DNA of 64,000 nt, taken from NCBI GenBank assembly GCA_964016885.1, contig OZ024749.1, positions 52,142,001 through 52,206,000 on the forward strand, given 5' to 3'. This DNA is from Eledone cirrhosa (lineage: Eukaryota). The position numbers were made by a program, and so were the translations under genes. Shown here in pieces: positions 1-14,300 of this stretch (positions are counted from its first letter, which is position 1; each line of letters begins with the position of its first letter). Below the pieces are notes generated by a model that was not told where the DNA came from, searched no databases, and was given only the letters and a program-made list of their open reading frames with translations.

Positions 1-1586
1 ATTTACTGCAAATTTCTATCACATCCCATGTCAGAAATAAAGCGTTTACATTGTTAGATAATAACGACACATTACAGACAGACATACAGGAACAGATAGA
101 TAGATCTCGATAGATAGGGATAGAGAGATCACGATAGATAAGGATAGACCAAATGGTATTTTTATCAAATTTTCATATTGAAATAAATAATATTTTGGAG
201 GTGTCAGTCAGTGCGAGATGAATGATTTAATTTTCGAATTTCTCTTGTTAAAGTAATAATTGATACTGACAAATTTTTCAACAATTGCACTAACTAACTA
301 ACTTAGACTATTCTACTCTTCGAGAAGAAGTTAGCATTAGAAAATGTCAAAAAGTTACTACTAGTAGTAATTAAAATAATTTAACTGCGAATCTGGAGGG
401 AGGAGGGAAAAACGTCAAATCTAATATCTAGAGTAGGAAAAAAGTAAATATAAATATCAGGAGTGATTAAAAACTGGTAAATAATTAGACATGACTTAAA
501 ATATCTAAAGAACAAGAGAATCTATTTTAGAGAGAAAATATTAAGAGCTGTAAGCAAGATGGAAAATAAAGTTATAAATTTATCTACCATCCTAAATAAT
601 AAACGATTCGTTTAACAGACAAATGACAATTATGGAAGGGAACTTAATTTAAATAAAGAAAATAACCCGTTGATGAATCGAATATCATTGCTATACATAT
701 TTTAAATGTTCCCTGAAACCTAAGTTGCTTAATTGTAATTGTAACTAAAAATATAACTAAGTTGCTTGTTTTATCTAGCCAGGAAACTAACTATTCCGTC
801 TTTAGTAAATTAAATATATTCGTTTTAAGGAATCACTTGTATGGTATATTTTATAAGAGAAGTATTATTTTTATATATAAAAGTTTCTTTAGTTGATAAA
901 ATAAAAATAGGGGTGTGATGAAGAATAATAATAGAAAATAAAATGAAGAAATTAATTTCTGAAATAGATTATTTAATCGTGGGGAGGAGATGGTAACTAG
1001 GTTTTGAGACGTAATCAAAAGTTGAATTTTTCTCTTATTAAGACATACATACCAGATGTAACATAAGCTCTTTGGAAAGCATGTATGTCTTTCTCTTGCT
1101 CTTTATATTATTATTATATTATTTTAAAATAAAAAAGGAGACATGAACAAAAGGTCTCCAGTCTAGTTTTTCACATATTTTTTTCATATTATATAATTAG
1201 AATTGAAGTGACATTTGTGGAAAATCTAAATGTTACATTTAAAAACTAAATATTTGGTAGATTCTTATGAAATCACTAACGATATATAGACCACATGCTT
1301 TATGAAATCGATTCTTATGTTGCAATTTTTAGACAGACTGATTCCTTGCCAGTCTATTCGATTATATCATATTAAGAATTAGAAAAAAAACCATTGGAAT
1401 ATTTTAGATATACTCTTCTTAAAAAGGGATATACGTTAATGGTAAATTCATAAAATAAAGATTTATAAATATAATAAGACAACCTAGATTAAGTGGCGGA
1501 GGGATGGATATATATGTATATATAAGCTTAGTTATAGAAGGAAAAATGAGAAAGAATACAGACAAATATACTATGGAGGAACTTAC

Positions 1587-1652
1587 CTCAGCATCTTTTC
1601 CTTTGTTTTTAAAAAGATGAGCCCTGCCTTTGAGATTAGGATCAGATGCCAT
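1587..1652 (-). CDS. Importin subunit alpha (KPNA3/KPNA4-like), first coding exon; the rest of the gene lies beyond the left edge
   Basis: ATG at 1652 gives MASDPNLKGRAHLFKNKGKDAE, then a phase-0 GAG|GTAAGT donor at 1587/1586. FKNKGKD matches the start of the importin-beta-binding domain of importin-alpha, and vertebrate KPNA3/4 exon 1 ends similarly at FKNKGRDLE. Only 22 codons are visible. Confidence 0.75.
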
Positions 1653-2878
1653 CTTTATCAATAAATTTAAATAAAAGTATGACCTTCTAAAAAGTTTCGA
1701 AGGGATTTCAAAATGCCGGCCTTCTCATCACGCAGAGTATAACAAGGCGAGATATAAGGCTGTATTTGATTGGCTATCTAAAGCGAGGTTGGCCAGTCTG
1801 CCATGTGGTACCATACATTTCTTTCAAATCAACTACAGTTGTTTTGTGCCCATGGCCACTTTTTTTTTATTTCATCTAAATTACATAGTTTCATTACTTT
1901 CTTTTACGTGATAAGTAAACAGCTATGGTTATTTAACAAGTAAAGTAATATCGTTTGTAAAAGTAGTGATTTACTAATAATAAATAAATATCTATTCATT
2001 AAGTGTTTTTTGGTTCTTTATTACATAAATATGGCTCTTTAATTAATAGATTTTTTTTTTCTATTCACGTTTTAATTCAAATTCACTTTAAAGTGAAGCG
2101 GTTTAATTGAAGGCAACTGGTGATTTAGACTTTTACGTCACTTGAAAGATTACACGACTTCCAAGTCTTTTGAAACAGGTAAAATTTATTGAGGAAAAAC
2201 TTGGCACTGAGGTATTTTTATTTTTGCAAGAAAATGCGTATATTCGATTAAATTCAACGGATACTTTTTTTTTTATCGAATTTGAAGGGCTAAAAAAGTT
2301 ATTAGCCACAACGTGGTAGGGTGAGGCAAAACATTGCAAAGCACGATAAATGTGGAGATTTGGTGCGTAGTTAATGAAACTATCGATAATGGGGCGTATA
2401 AAAAAATATATTGGCTTTCGTGAATAACCGAAACGAATATGTTGCGTTTAAATGTGGATTTACCATCCATTGAAAATCTTTGTACGTAAACTTGGATTTT
2501 TAAACCCTTCTTGTCAGAATTTTTTTTATATATAAATATTTTTGCATCTGTAATGAAATTTTCATCATTGCATGAATTTTTAAAACACAATCCTAATTTT
2601 TTTTTATATAAACTTATTTATGCATTTGTAATTAAATATTGGTCCTTGCAAACAAAATATCTTTAACGTTTCATATATGTGTAAAAATAATTCCACTTTA
2701 ATAGTACGTATATTACGAAAAAATAATATTCATGCTAAAACTAAACATTCGTTTCGGTAATTCAAGAAAACCAAGTTGTTTTTTACATTTTCGTTAGTTT
2801 CATTTTTAACCACGTACCAAAACTCTACATTTACCTTTAGATCATCATTCCGTTCCTTTTTGTTCATTCAACCTGAAA

Positions 2879-2919
<41 letters not shown>

Positions 2920-3644
2920 GATTTCGGATTATTTTATTGTTGTTCAGATTTTTCTTGTCTATGATCGCCTTTCAAGAAGTTGTGATAACTGAGGGAATTT
3001 CATTGTTTAATAAATGTCTAAGAGATATATTTTATTCGCAGTTGTATAATGAACGTTACAAATTGTTTAGAATTGCTTACAAATTGTAAATATAAACACA
3101 AATAATATATATACAATTAATCATTGCTAAAATATAATACGCAAAAATATATAAACAAAGCGAGAGAAAAAACAAAACAAAAGCAATGTCTATGACAAGT
3201 TGTAAATAAGATTATAATTTTCCGGGCTATTAAACACATCGTTAGAATATGTTTATATCTCTTCCGCATTTTTATGGTGAGGACGGGTAGCTTAGTGATT
3301 AGGATATTCGGTACACAATCATAATGTCGTAAGTTAGACGCACGTTGCAGGAGACATTTCATGTTGCTCCAGTTCATTCTGCATTAGCAATAACGAAATA
3401 ACCAGTTGTACCTGTAATTGAAATATGAAAGAATCAGTCAGTCTTGGCATTCTTTGTATCATGCTGAATCTCCCTGAGAACTACACACTGAAAGTGTATG
3501 TGGAATGTGCAACCACTTGCACGTTAAATTCAAGAGCAGGTTATTCCATGGTTTGGAACACGTTGCCAGAGTGGAGAGACGGATCAACGCCCAATTGCCT
3601 TTACATATCTTTCCAAAAAGTTAGTAGGGAGAAATCTTTAGTTT

Positions 3645-3683
<39 letters not shown>

Positions 3684-3726
3684 GAGTCCTGGATTCAACC
3701 GAGGGTAACCGCAGTTAGTAAGGTAC

Positions 3727-3773
3727 TTTCCTGATGATTTCTTTTGAATGAAACCGTTCTAGTCCTGTAGAAG
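3727..3773 (+). ncRNA. Hammerhead ribozyme motif (weak stems) inside a (TA)n-flanked element
   Basis: TTTC-CTGATGA-TTTCTTTTGAAT-GAAAC-CGTTCTAGTCCT-GTA-GAAG. Same family as the pair at 20706-20800. Confidence 0.55.
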
Positions 3774-5972
3774 CCATTTTTATATTAAACTTTATATATA
3801 TATATCATCATCATCATCGTTTAACGTCCATCTTCCACGCTAGCATGGGTTTGTCCCACTTGAGACAAGCTTGGTCAAGTGACCATCTCTCGCTTGTACA
3901 GACCTGTTTTTGGCAGGTTTTCTACGGCTGGATACCCTTCCTAACACCAACCACATTTACAGTGTGGACTGGGAGCCTTTTTACCGTGTCTCCTACACAA
4001 CCACTTTACAGTATTGGTTAGGTGCTTTTTGTTGTGTCACCTACACAACCACTTTAGAGTGAGGTCTGGGAGCCTTTTTGTCGTGTCACCTGCTGACCAC
4101 TTTACAGTGTTGGTTGGGTGCTTTTTGTCGTGTCACCTACACGACCATTTTACAGTGTCGACTGGGTGCTTATTGTCGTATCACCTACACAACCACTTTG
4201 CAGTGGACGGAATTGGGAGAATGGAATGTGGGGTGGGGTGTATATATGAGTAGTCATAAGAATCTCCAAAGACAAATAAAAACCAGTAAATAATATACCA
4301 TATTTATATAGTGTTGGAACAGAGCCAATACTCAACATTCACAAATAATCTACAATGACATACCAACAAAAGAACAAAAGGAGAGAAGATAATATGACTG
4401 GGTTTAATACATTTTCCTTTCCACTAAATTATGTCTGTAATAAAATATGGAAATATATACATGAATAATGGTTTCTGACTTAGGCACAAGGTCGTGAGGG
4501 GAGGGAGAAGTCAATTAAATCGGCCCAGTGTATTACTGGTGTTTTATTTTATTGACCCTGTAAGAATGAAAGGTAAAGCTAACCTCGGCGGGATTTGAAC
4601 TCACAGCATAAAGGACCATAACTATATACCACAAAGCATGCTGTCCGACGCTCTACCAACTACTGCTAATCCACCCCCTTAATAATGGTTTCTGATTTAG
4701 GCACAAGGCACAAGGCCAACAATTTTGTGGGGAGGAGAAAGTTGATTAAATTGACACCAGTACGTTACTGGTACTTTATTTTATCGACTCCCGTAAGGAT
4801 GAAATGCGAAGCTAACCCCAGCTGGATTTGATCTCAGAGTGTAAAAGGACGTAACTCTATGTTGTCCGACGCTCTACCGATACTGACAATGAAAGGAAGG
4901 AGAAGGGAGTAACTCCAGGTAGAGCTGCTATTTCTCCAAATTGAGAGATCACAGCTCTGATACTATGGACGTGGTTAGAATGTCTCAGGAAAGAATCGCT
5001 GGACAGATTTTACAGGCAAAACTAGCCACAAGAGACCAGGATGGATAACATCCATAAGCTTAGCTGGTTTCGCTTAGGGATCCAGCTGGATCAATTGGAG
5101 ACAGTTGCTTCTGACAGGACCCACTGGAAGGAGTGTTTCAGTAAACCCCCCCTCCTAGGAATAAGGGGTGAAGAAGAAGTAAGGGAAAGTGGATAACATA
5201 TTCTACAGCCCCAATTTAGGTGGTCTTCAGCTGCACACCACAGATGATACAACAAAAGCATTGTTCCAGAGAACAGCCAGCAGCACCCACTGTGTCAGCC
5301 ACTCCACCTCACATGGCTCCTTTCTCAGGTAGGATACACTTTTCCCAATGGCAGAGACCATGACAACGACTAGCACTAAAAGGAAACAGTAGGTAAAAAA
5401 ATCAGAATTTTGTATGATGGCAATATTTTTGTTTTAAAATAAGATAAGTGTGTGCAAAAAAAAAAAAGAACTAAAGATTTTTTTTACATTGTCACAAAGC
5501 CAAAAGTTTGGGTGAAGAGTATAGTGATTTGAGTGACCTATACTTGGTACTTATTTAACCTAGTGAGATAAAAGGCCAAGTTGACAGTATTCAGAATGTT
5601 CAAGAAATGGACTGAATAATGTAAAGCTTTGTAGTTTTTCCTATGATTTCTACTTGTATGACATATGCACAATAGTTAGGGAGGCAGGTCGAGACTGGCA
5701 AGCTAGACCAAGGTATCATTTGCAGTATTATAGATTGCCTCCAGACCCCCGTGAAAACCTTTCAGGGAGCAATCTCGAACAACATGCAATAGTCTGGTGT
5801 GAAGGTGCATAGCTTAGTGGTTAGAGCATTGGCCTTGCAATCGAAAGGTTGTGAGTTCAATTTTCGGACCAGGTGATGTGTAGTTTCCTTGAGCAAGACA
5901 CTTTATTTCACGTTGCTCCAGTTTACTCAGCTGTAGAAATGAGTTGATAGGACTGGGGTCCCTATCATTAAA

Positions 5973-6200
5973 TCACCCAATCACCCAGTGCTTTCTGGGA
6001 AGGTCAAAGCTGGCTGGTTTAGATGTGGTGTCCTGGACAAGGTCTTGGTTTGCAAATTTGGACTTATTCCATGATCTTCGCCATTCTTCCTTCAGATCAA
6101 AGATATTTCCTATGGTAGAATAGTGGAAGTATGTGTTATAACCAGTCTTGGGCAAACTGTGACCTGCTTGGCTTTCTGAATAGCAGTGTTGGACTTAGGG
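5973..6200 (-). mobile_element. LINE ORF2 C-terminal remnant
   Basis: WRRSWN...FDLPRKHW resembles the post-RT region of non-LTR retrotransposons (family unassigned). It is truncated at a SINE. Confidence 0.5.
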
Positions 6201-8814
6201 TCACATACCCTTGGGGGTTGCATTTAAAAATAAGGTAAAATGGAGGGGGCGCTTATATTCGCCATCTAAACAATGTGTTAATTAGCTGCCTTGGCTTATA
6301 AGCAGGGTTTGGATTTTGTGCCCATTTCTCAGACATAAAATAAGGTGTTGACTTATATTCAAGTATATATGGTATATATACATACATATATAGGAAAAAA
6401 TATGACCCCGACGGCAGAGCTCAAGCCGTTTCGACGGCTATTTCTGGACTCATACATATATATATATATATATACATATATACCATTTATACTTGAATAT
6501 AAGCCAACACTCTATTTTATGCCTGAGAAATATCTGCTTACAATAACAAATGCATAAATTACATTTTGGATTGCATAATAGAACTGTTGAACTAATTATT
6601 ATGAATAAACGATTTATGTAACATCAGCATCTTTCTTAATGTTATTCTTATATATATATGTGTGTGTGTTGTTATATGAGGGGTCTACAAAACCTGAACT
6701 GCCCCATCCTTCTCCTGCTACCATAATTTAAATCTGGTCCTGGTCCTCTTTTATGTAAGCCATAAAGAAATATCTATCACCATGTGGTTTAAATGTAATG
6801 GATGTGTCTTGTAAAGACACACCAGTAAAAGATAGTCGTATAAATTTCATGTGAAATTGTACTCCCAATGAAAACTCTAGTCAATCAGAAACTATTGAAG
6901 AAACATCTATAATATCTATAGATTTCATAGTAGGCTATCATGTATGTGACTGGAATCAACAACATGTATCAAATGATGAACTGTTAGTCCTGATAGCTGA
7001 CAATAAAGGCAAATGTGTTAAAAGTACAAAGATATGTTTTAACCCTTTCATTACCATATTTCTAATGAAAGACACTGCCATATTTGGTTTGCCGATGTTT
7101 GGAGGAAGAGTCTGGGTTAGGTTAGTGTATATTTATATATATATACATAGTAGGTTAGACTATGTTTCAGAGGCAAGGTTTCAATCCTTGCTAGAAATTT
7201 ATATATATTCTATCCAATTTTATGTTGGTATATATTTATTTATACATATATATATATAAATGATATGCTATACCTTCATACCAATATTTAAATATCTAAA
7301 CAACTACTTAGAGCTAGGATAAATTAGGCCAGTAAGAATTATTGCTAAGACACAGAACGACATCTAGAAATGATAGCAACATGAGACTATTGGTAGGTCA
7401 GTCACTTGTCTGACACTCCAATGACCTATATACTATATATATATATATATATTCTCCACTCAAGAAAATATAATATAATACTTTCCATTAGAATAACTGT
7501 CTCTCTCATCATATATGCCTGATTCTTATCATTACTCTAATAACAGCTATCTCTTTCTCTTAAATGTAAACTCTGATACTATCGTTATCATTTCTTAGCT
7601 GCACAGAACTTACTATATTCTTTAAAATTCTCACAGTAGCTTATATTCTTTAAAACATAAAGTACTTTAATTCTGTAATGATTTAGCAGAAAATATGTAA
7701 AAACATGTTTGTTATTTTAATCATCATCATCACCACCGTTTTACGTGTTCTTCCACGCTAGCATGGGTTAGACGGGTTGTCCTGTTGTGGGCAAGGTTAA
7801 GTTGGCTGACCTTGTCTTGCTCATACAGGAACTGATTCTGGCTTGATTTCTACAGCTGGATGCCCTTCCTAACACCAACCTCATTTACAGTGTGGGCTGG
7901 GTGCTTTTTTGCCGTGGCATCTCCACGACCACTTTGCAGTGGAATGATAGGGACCCTAGTCCTATCATCTCATTTCTGCAGCTGAATAAACTGGAGCTAT
8001 GTGAAATAAAGTGTCTTGCTCAAGGAAACAACACATCACCCGGTCCGAGAATTGAACTCACAACCTTTCGATTGCAAGCCCAATGCTCTAACCATGCGCC
8101 TTCACTTTAATGTTCTAATAAATATTTCTTTCTCTTAAAAATAAGTTTTGAACTTATATTTTCTATAAAATTGTCACAGTAGTTTATATTATTTAAATAT
8201 AGAGTACATTAATTCTTAACATCCTGAAATGATTTAGAACAACTGCAATTCCAGTTAATGAAAACATCGCAAATTCATTTATTGATTCAAATTAAAATAT
8301 AATAAAATAAAACATATTTTCCCTAAAAATAAATGTATTTTGATATGAAATGATGATTTCTTTGATTCTTTCAAATGTTACATCTGACTCCTGACTTTGA
8401 CTTGTCTCATAATGTGACAACCTGTCTAACCCATGCTAGTGTGGAAAAATGGACGATGATGATGATGATGATGACAATGATGAAGAATGGTGATGATGAT
8501 GTGAAAGTACAGATTATTATCTTCATTCAAATGTCCAGACCATAAGTGGAGAAAAATATTTGCTATTTACTTGTCTAAGAAATATGAGATGATGGTTTGC
8601 TCTTATAAAAAAAAATCAATATTACCAATTGAACACTGAAATAACCAGAATTTGATAATTGGCTTGATTATTGACAGCATTTAACCTTTTTGATACAAAC
8701 CCACCCCCAAACCACTTCTGCTTCTATTAAACACAACCATTCCTTTTTTTTAAGTGTTCTTATTTAAATGAAAATCTTCCAATATGATTTTATATAAGAA
8801 CATTTTTGTAATGT

Positions 8815-9016
8815 TACAAGGGTCAGCTGAAAAGTTCATTGGCTGACTATGGAGGAGTGATGCTAGAGCTGTGAAATCTTGTATGTATTAATTTCAACTC
8901 ATTTTATTAATAACTGCATTGTTTCTTTCCAGGAACTGTGTTGAAAAATAAATCTCATTTGGTCATTCCATGAGAGTGTCTTGGTCAGCCTATAAACGCT
9001 TCAGCCAACCTTCGTA
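8815..9016. mobile_element. Tc1/mariner-type MITE
   Basis: Imperfect ~30-bp TIRs: left TACAAGGGTCAGCTGAAAAGTTCATTGGCTGAC, right (reverse complement) TACGAAGGTTGGCTGAAGCGTTTATAGGCTGAC, with TA at both ends. Confidence 0.75.
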
Positions 9017-9231
9017 GATGTTTAGTTACACTGGCTTGAAAAGACACATTACTCAAAACCAGTTTGTACTCCAGATTATATCAGAAATACAATCAGTCAT
9101 ATTCTTTCTTGCAGCATCTGATCTTAGAATTGATGGCCACTTCCCCTGACCCCCATCTTAAAGGTGGTATCTCCCTATTGATCATAAATACTAACTTCAA
9201 GTTTTTGGAATGTCTCATACTCTCACAGTTC

Positions 9232-9432
9232 TTAACCCTTTAGAATTTAAACTGGTGAGAATTCTCTCACCTCTTTCTGTTCAAACCAGCTTCTCATACT
9301 GATGTTAAGGTATTGTTCTCAAAATAATATCAAAATCTCAAAGATTTAATACTATGTGAGATATGTAAGATAAAGACTTTACCACGAAAATGCAATAGTA
9401 TATATAGAGTAATGTAAATGCTAAAGGGTTAA
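9232..9432 (-). mobile_element. TTAA-flanked piggyBac-like MITE, family A (~200 bp)
   Basis: TTAACCCTTTAG...CTAAAGGGTTAA termini. Other copies at 23402-23600, 33814-34004, ~34403-34602 and ~55667-55850 (partial). Confidence 0.8.
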
Positions 9433-10374
9433 ATGTTTTATTTGGAGAGTATTCTCCCCTGCTCTTCGTCCTCTCCTGTTCCATTGCCTTAACTTTTAAT
9501 GTTCTGTATTGCATAGAACCCATTTTTAGATTTTTCTGCTTAATCATTACATAATGCTAAGAGACAATACTGCAAATTTTTCAAAACAATCCATCCACTA
9601 GTAAAGGTGTTAGCATGACATTCTTGAAATGTAGGCGACGAATTAGCAGAATCATTAAGAACAACGAATTAAAAATGTTTCTGTATTTGTTCTGATTAAC
9701 TGTGCTTTGAGTTCAAATTGGACTTAGGTCAGCTTTACTTTTTATTGATAAATAAAGCACCAGTCCAGAACTGAGGTTGATTCTTTCTCTGGAAGAAATC
9801 AGCTGTGTTAGAACCTGGAAAGAGATGGGCTCCTTCAAGCTTAAAACACTAAAGATACACCTTGTGTCATGACAGTGTCTACCAAACACCAGATGGAGTT
9901 ATGGGCACTTTAATGCTATGTTCTGGAAAGTATAAAACAGCACTATGACTACATCACATGAAAGATTAAAGACTATATATATATACACACACATGTACAT
10001 ATATATATATATATATATATGTACATTATTCTATGTACTATACATGTACCTTTGATGAGTTGTAGTGCATCTGAGCATTGGACACAATAATTTCATTATT
10101 ATATATATATTAGTATAGAACCAGTTCAAAACTGGTTGGAACATTACTCAACAGAGTACTCGATACTTGGGGTAGTAGAGTATGGTTATATTATAAAGAG
10201 TCAGGACCCGCTGGCTGAGCTCTTGCTATATATATATATATACATATATAGTAATAATACATACAAATACCAAAATTCAGAGCTTCAGATGACCCCCCCC
10301 CCCACACACTTTGGGTGAAAGCAGAAATTCTTTGCTTAAACTTTTAATCTGAACTAATAATAAATATATAATAT

Positions 10375-10415
<41 letters not shown>

Positions 10416-10462
10416 GTGACGAAACATAAGTCAATTGCATGAACTCATAATTCTTTATTTAT

Positions 10463-10514
10463 TGCTATATATATTTCGATGATAGCCATTGAATGGCTAT
10501 GACCTCATCAGGCA
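10463..10514 (-). ncRNA. Minimal type I hammerhead ribozyme, intact core
   Basis: Minus strand reads TGC-CTGATGA-GGTCATAGCCAT-TCA-ATGGCTATCATC-GAAA-TATATATA-GCA: stem I TGC/GCA, long stem II, palindromic stem III, AUA cleavage triplet, followed by AATAAA. Confidence 0.75.
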
Positions 10515-10582
10515 GTTAGTCAGTTCTTAGATATGCCAGCTCTGTGTTTATGGTGTTGATGGTATCAGAACCTTGGGATATA

Positions 10583-10636
<54 letters not shown>

Positions 10637-10798
10637 TCACCATCACCGTTTTACGTCTGTTCTTCCACGCTAGCATGGGTTAGACGGGTTGTCCTGCTGT
10701 GGGCAGTATCCGGTTGGCTGACCATGCCTTGCTCATACGGGAACTGATAGTATATATATATATATATATTCATTATTATTAAGGGTAAAAAGTGAGTG

Positions 10799-10844
10799 TT
10801 GTTACTCTGGAGTTTCGCCTGTTTATCACAGGCTCATAAGGCAA
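10799..10844 (-). ncRNA. Degenerate hammerhead ribozyme (core G5 substituted)
   Basis: TTGC-CTTATGA-GCCTGT-GATAA-ACAGGC-GAAA-CTC-CA-GAG-TA-ACAA: perfect stems II and III with one core substitution. Confidence 0.6.
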
Positions 10845-11397
10845 GAACTGTTCTAGCGATGAATTTAATAATGATTTCTGATTTAGGCACAAAACTAACA
10901 ATTTGGGAGTGGGGAGGGGGAAGAGAAAATCGATTAAATCGACCTCAGTACATTACTGGTACTTTATTTTATTGACTATTCTGTTTAATAATAACAGCTA
11001 TATTAATATCTAACACTGATATATTGTGTCTTTAAAGAAAAGTTGTGAACAGTTGTGTAATCTTTAGATCACGAAGACATAAACACAATTCTGAGATTCC
11101 AAGAATTCAATGGTCAGAGATTCTTAACAAAACTAAATGCTAGCGTGGAAGATGGACGTTAAACGATGATATGTATAATAGGTCTTTCATGTTTTATTGA
11201 CAGAAAATATCTTAAATTTGTTGTCAGTTATGACGATGGCCTGTTTATTTTATAATCCACTTCTTACAAGTATTTCAACTGAAATATTTCTGGAGTATAA
11301 ATTATAAAATAAAAAAAATAAATCACCACCCAGAGCATTAAAAAAGAAATAGTTTGCTTCTTTTGCCCCATAAATTTTCTTTTGGTTCGTTTATCAG

Positions 11398-14300
11398 TTA
11401 AAGGTCTTCTTCAGCATCAAAGTCAAAAGTCTGAAAAAAAAAGAAAATAAAATCAATCATGAAAATCATCATCATCATCATCAGCGAATAATTTTTCTGG
11501 GAGAAGGAGGTTGTTAACCACCTGAAGCCACCTCTGATTCTACAATACAAAACTGTTTGTTTTAAAAGGTTTATATTTATCTTCCATCATAATTTTATGA
11601 AGGAACCTTTGTTAAGTTGTGTTCCAAACATAAGTTAACTCTTTTGATACTAAACCGCATGTAACTGTCCATGGTACAAGATACAGGGATGTTGGTTTTA
11701 AAGTATCTTTTTTTAAACTACACCAGAAATGCTTGACCAAGCAGAACTATAATGAAAGACAATCCAGTAGTGATCATCCCATTTATCCAACCAAGTAAAG
11801 GGTAGAGACCTCCTTTGGTCACAAATGACCATGGGATTTGCACCTAGGAAGTTCCCCTTTGAGGCACACGTCCAGGCAAGGTTGTTTGTGGAACAGTGAC
11901 CCATGCATACCAGCCTCCCCTCTTCACACCACCGATGTTGTCCAAGGGAAAGGCAAAGGCCGATACAGCTTGGCACCAGAGACATTGTAACTCATTTCTA
12001 CAGCTGAGTAAACTGGAACAATGTGAAATAAAGTGTCTTGCTCAAGAACACAACACAAAGTCCGGTCTGAGAATTGAACTTACAACCTCATGATTGTAAG
12101 CCCGATGCGCTAACCATTAAGCCACGTGCCTTCACAAACCAACCAAGTATAATGTATCTTGTAAAAGTTAGAGAGTGAGAGAAACTAAGGTAGCAGTGTT
12201 AGCAAAAAAAAACAGACTTGAAGCTATCTATAATGTCAGCATATTTAAATGTGAAATTTGCTATTGTGTAATTTCATGTAGATTGATGAATAGGCAGTAG
12301 ACAGGTGTTAATAAGGAGTCAGTGACTACAATGAAGGGGGCGGGAGGTATTTTAAAGATCCTTTTTAAAAAAAAGAGGTATCTAGAATTGAAGAATCCCC
12401 TTTATTAAGGCCTGTTGGTGAAGTAGTGTCAGGTATGATAAGTTGCTTTACTTTATGTTTATAGGGAATGTGGAGGACCTGTGAATTGAACTGGGTGAGA
12501 TATGGATTTATCCTCATGAAATATTGGTTTTGTCTCCTTATCAAAAGAAATGATTGTGTTAATATATTAATAATCTTACCTCTAATTCTTTCATCACTTT
12601 ATCAAGGAAGTCAGTTGTGTTCAGTTTATAACCAATAGCAGCTTGAACTGCATCTGTAAAGAGCTAAACAGACAGGAAATAGTTTAAGTTGTTCTGAATC
12701 TTCAAGGATAGGAATTGTAATTTTAATGTGGAAGAAATGTATGTTTTTCTTTTTAAGATGAAATGTGTTTTTACTGTTATTTTAGGAAAGTAGTAGGTGT
12801 AGGTATGGCTATGTTGTTAAGGTGTTAGTATAGGTGTATCTATGGCTGTGTTGTTAAGGTGGTTGTGTAGGTATAGGTATGGCTGTGTGGTTAAGGTGTT
12901 CACTTTGTACAGTAATTTTCATGAAGAGGATTGACATGCACAGCCAGGTCAGAAGTGGCATCACGATTGGCGAGTGTAAGATAAGTCAGCTGGAAAATGC
13001 AGACAACAGTGTATTACTTAATTCATCAGAATATTACTGAATCAGTCCAGAATCTCCATTATTTTCAAAAGCATTTGAAAGTTTTAGGTTTTGTCTCCTC
13101 CTCCTCCAACGACCCTTTAGAGGAACCTTATTTTGGCTGATTGTATCCGCGATCATATTGTTTCGGTCATTATCCATGATTCATGACCATAAGTAAGGGT
13201 TGGCATGAATACAGAATTGAAGATAGCGAGTTTGGCTTTTATGCCTATCTCCCTTATTCTGATTACCAAATGATGAAGCTGCACCAACTCCAGCAATTCT
13301 TGCACTTAACTCAGCCTCCTGCTTTCCATCACTCGTGAACATGGTTCCGAGAAACTTGAACTTCTCTACCTGCTTCAGTGGAACTCCATTTACATGTAGA
13401 GTGCACTGCGCAGGCTTCCTTGAGAGGACAACCATCTCAGTTTTCGCAGCACTGACATTCATTTCAGCTATGTAGCACTTGGCATCAAACCTATCGAGTG
13501 CAAGTCGGAAAAGCATATTTTCACAAATGTTTTATTCCCAAAAAACCTGAACATGAATATAATAGATGAAAAATATTAAATAATGTAGAAATACCTTCAC
13601 TACATTTGTTCCATTGGCAGCAGATACAAAGTAAAGTGGCATTTTGTGTTTCTCGGGAAAGTTAAAACTTTTCCTCGTCATATTCATATCAGCTGCAAAT
13701 AGAAAGGAAAAACTGTTAAAAAATTAAACACCCAACAATGTTAGTGGTCGGGATTACCATTACATCCAGTTGCTCCTTTTCATGTCAGGTGATCAGTGCT
13801 AACATGTACATTGAAGGCTCCCATCAGGATATGTGGCTCAGTCTTAACTATATCTAACACTGCAGTGCCCTCAAGGAAAAATCTGTATTTAGACTCTTTG
13901 TTTGGTGCATAAACTCGCAGCACCCACTTGAACTACCTATCTTTCAGCCTAAGCTTCAAGAGGCAAATCCTCCCTCCTAATGGGATCCAGTCAATAACAC
14001 ATTCTGACAACCAGGTGCTTGTGAATATCCCCACGCCCTCTTGTGCAGTCCTTTCTGGTACCACACCTGAACAGTGGAGTTTCCATCTTCCATCCAAATC
14101 TACAGTACAGCCCGTGGAAATTTGTTGAGGAAACCCGACTATATCTAGCCTCTTCCATTATTCCTGCTCCTTAGCTGTAAGAGTTGTGATGTTCTGGGTT
14201 CTAATTTTTATGGTTTGCTCCCTTTCAAACTCTCTTTAGAGTCTCAGGATGTTCAAGTATCTTGGGACCGTGTTCACAAGTGATAGAAGGCAAGAGGCTG

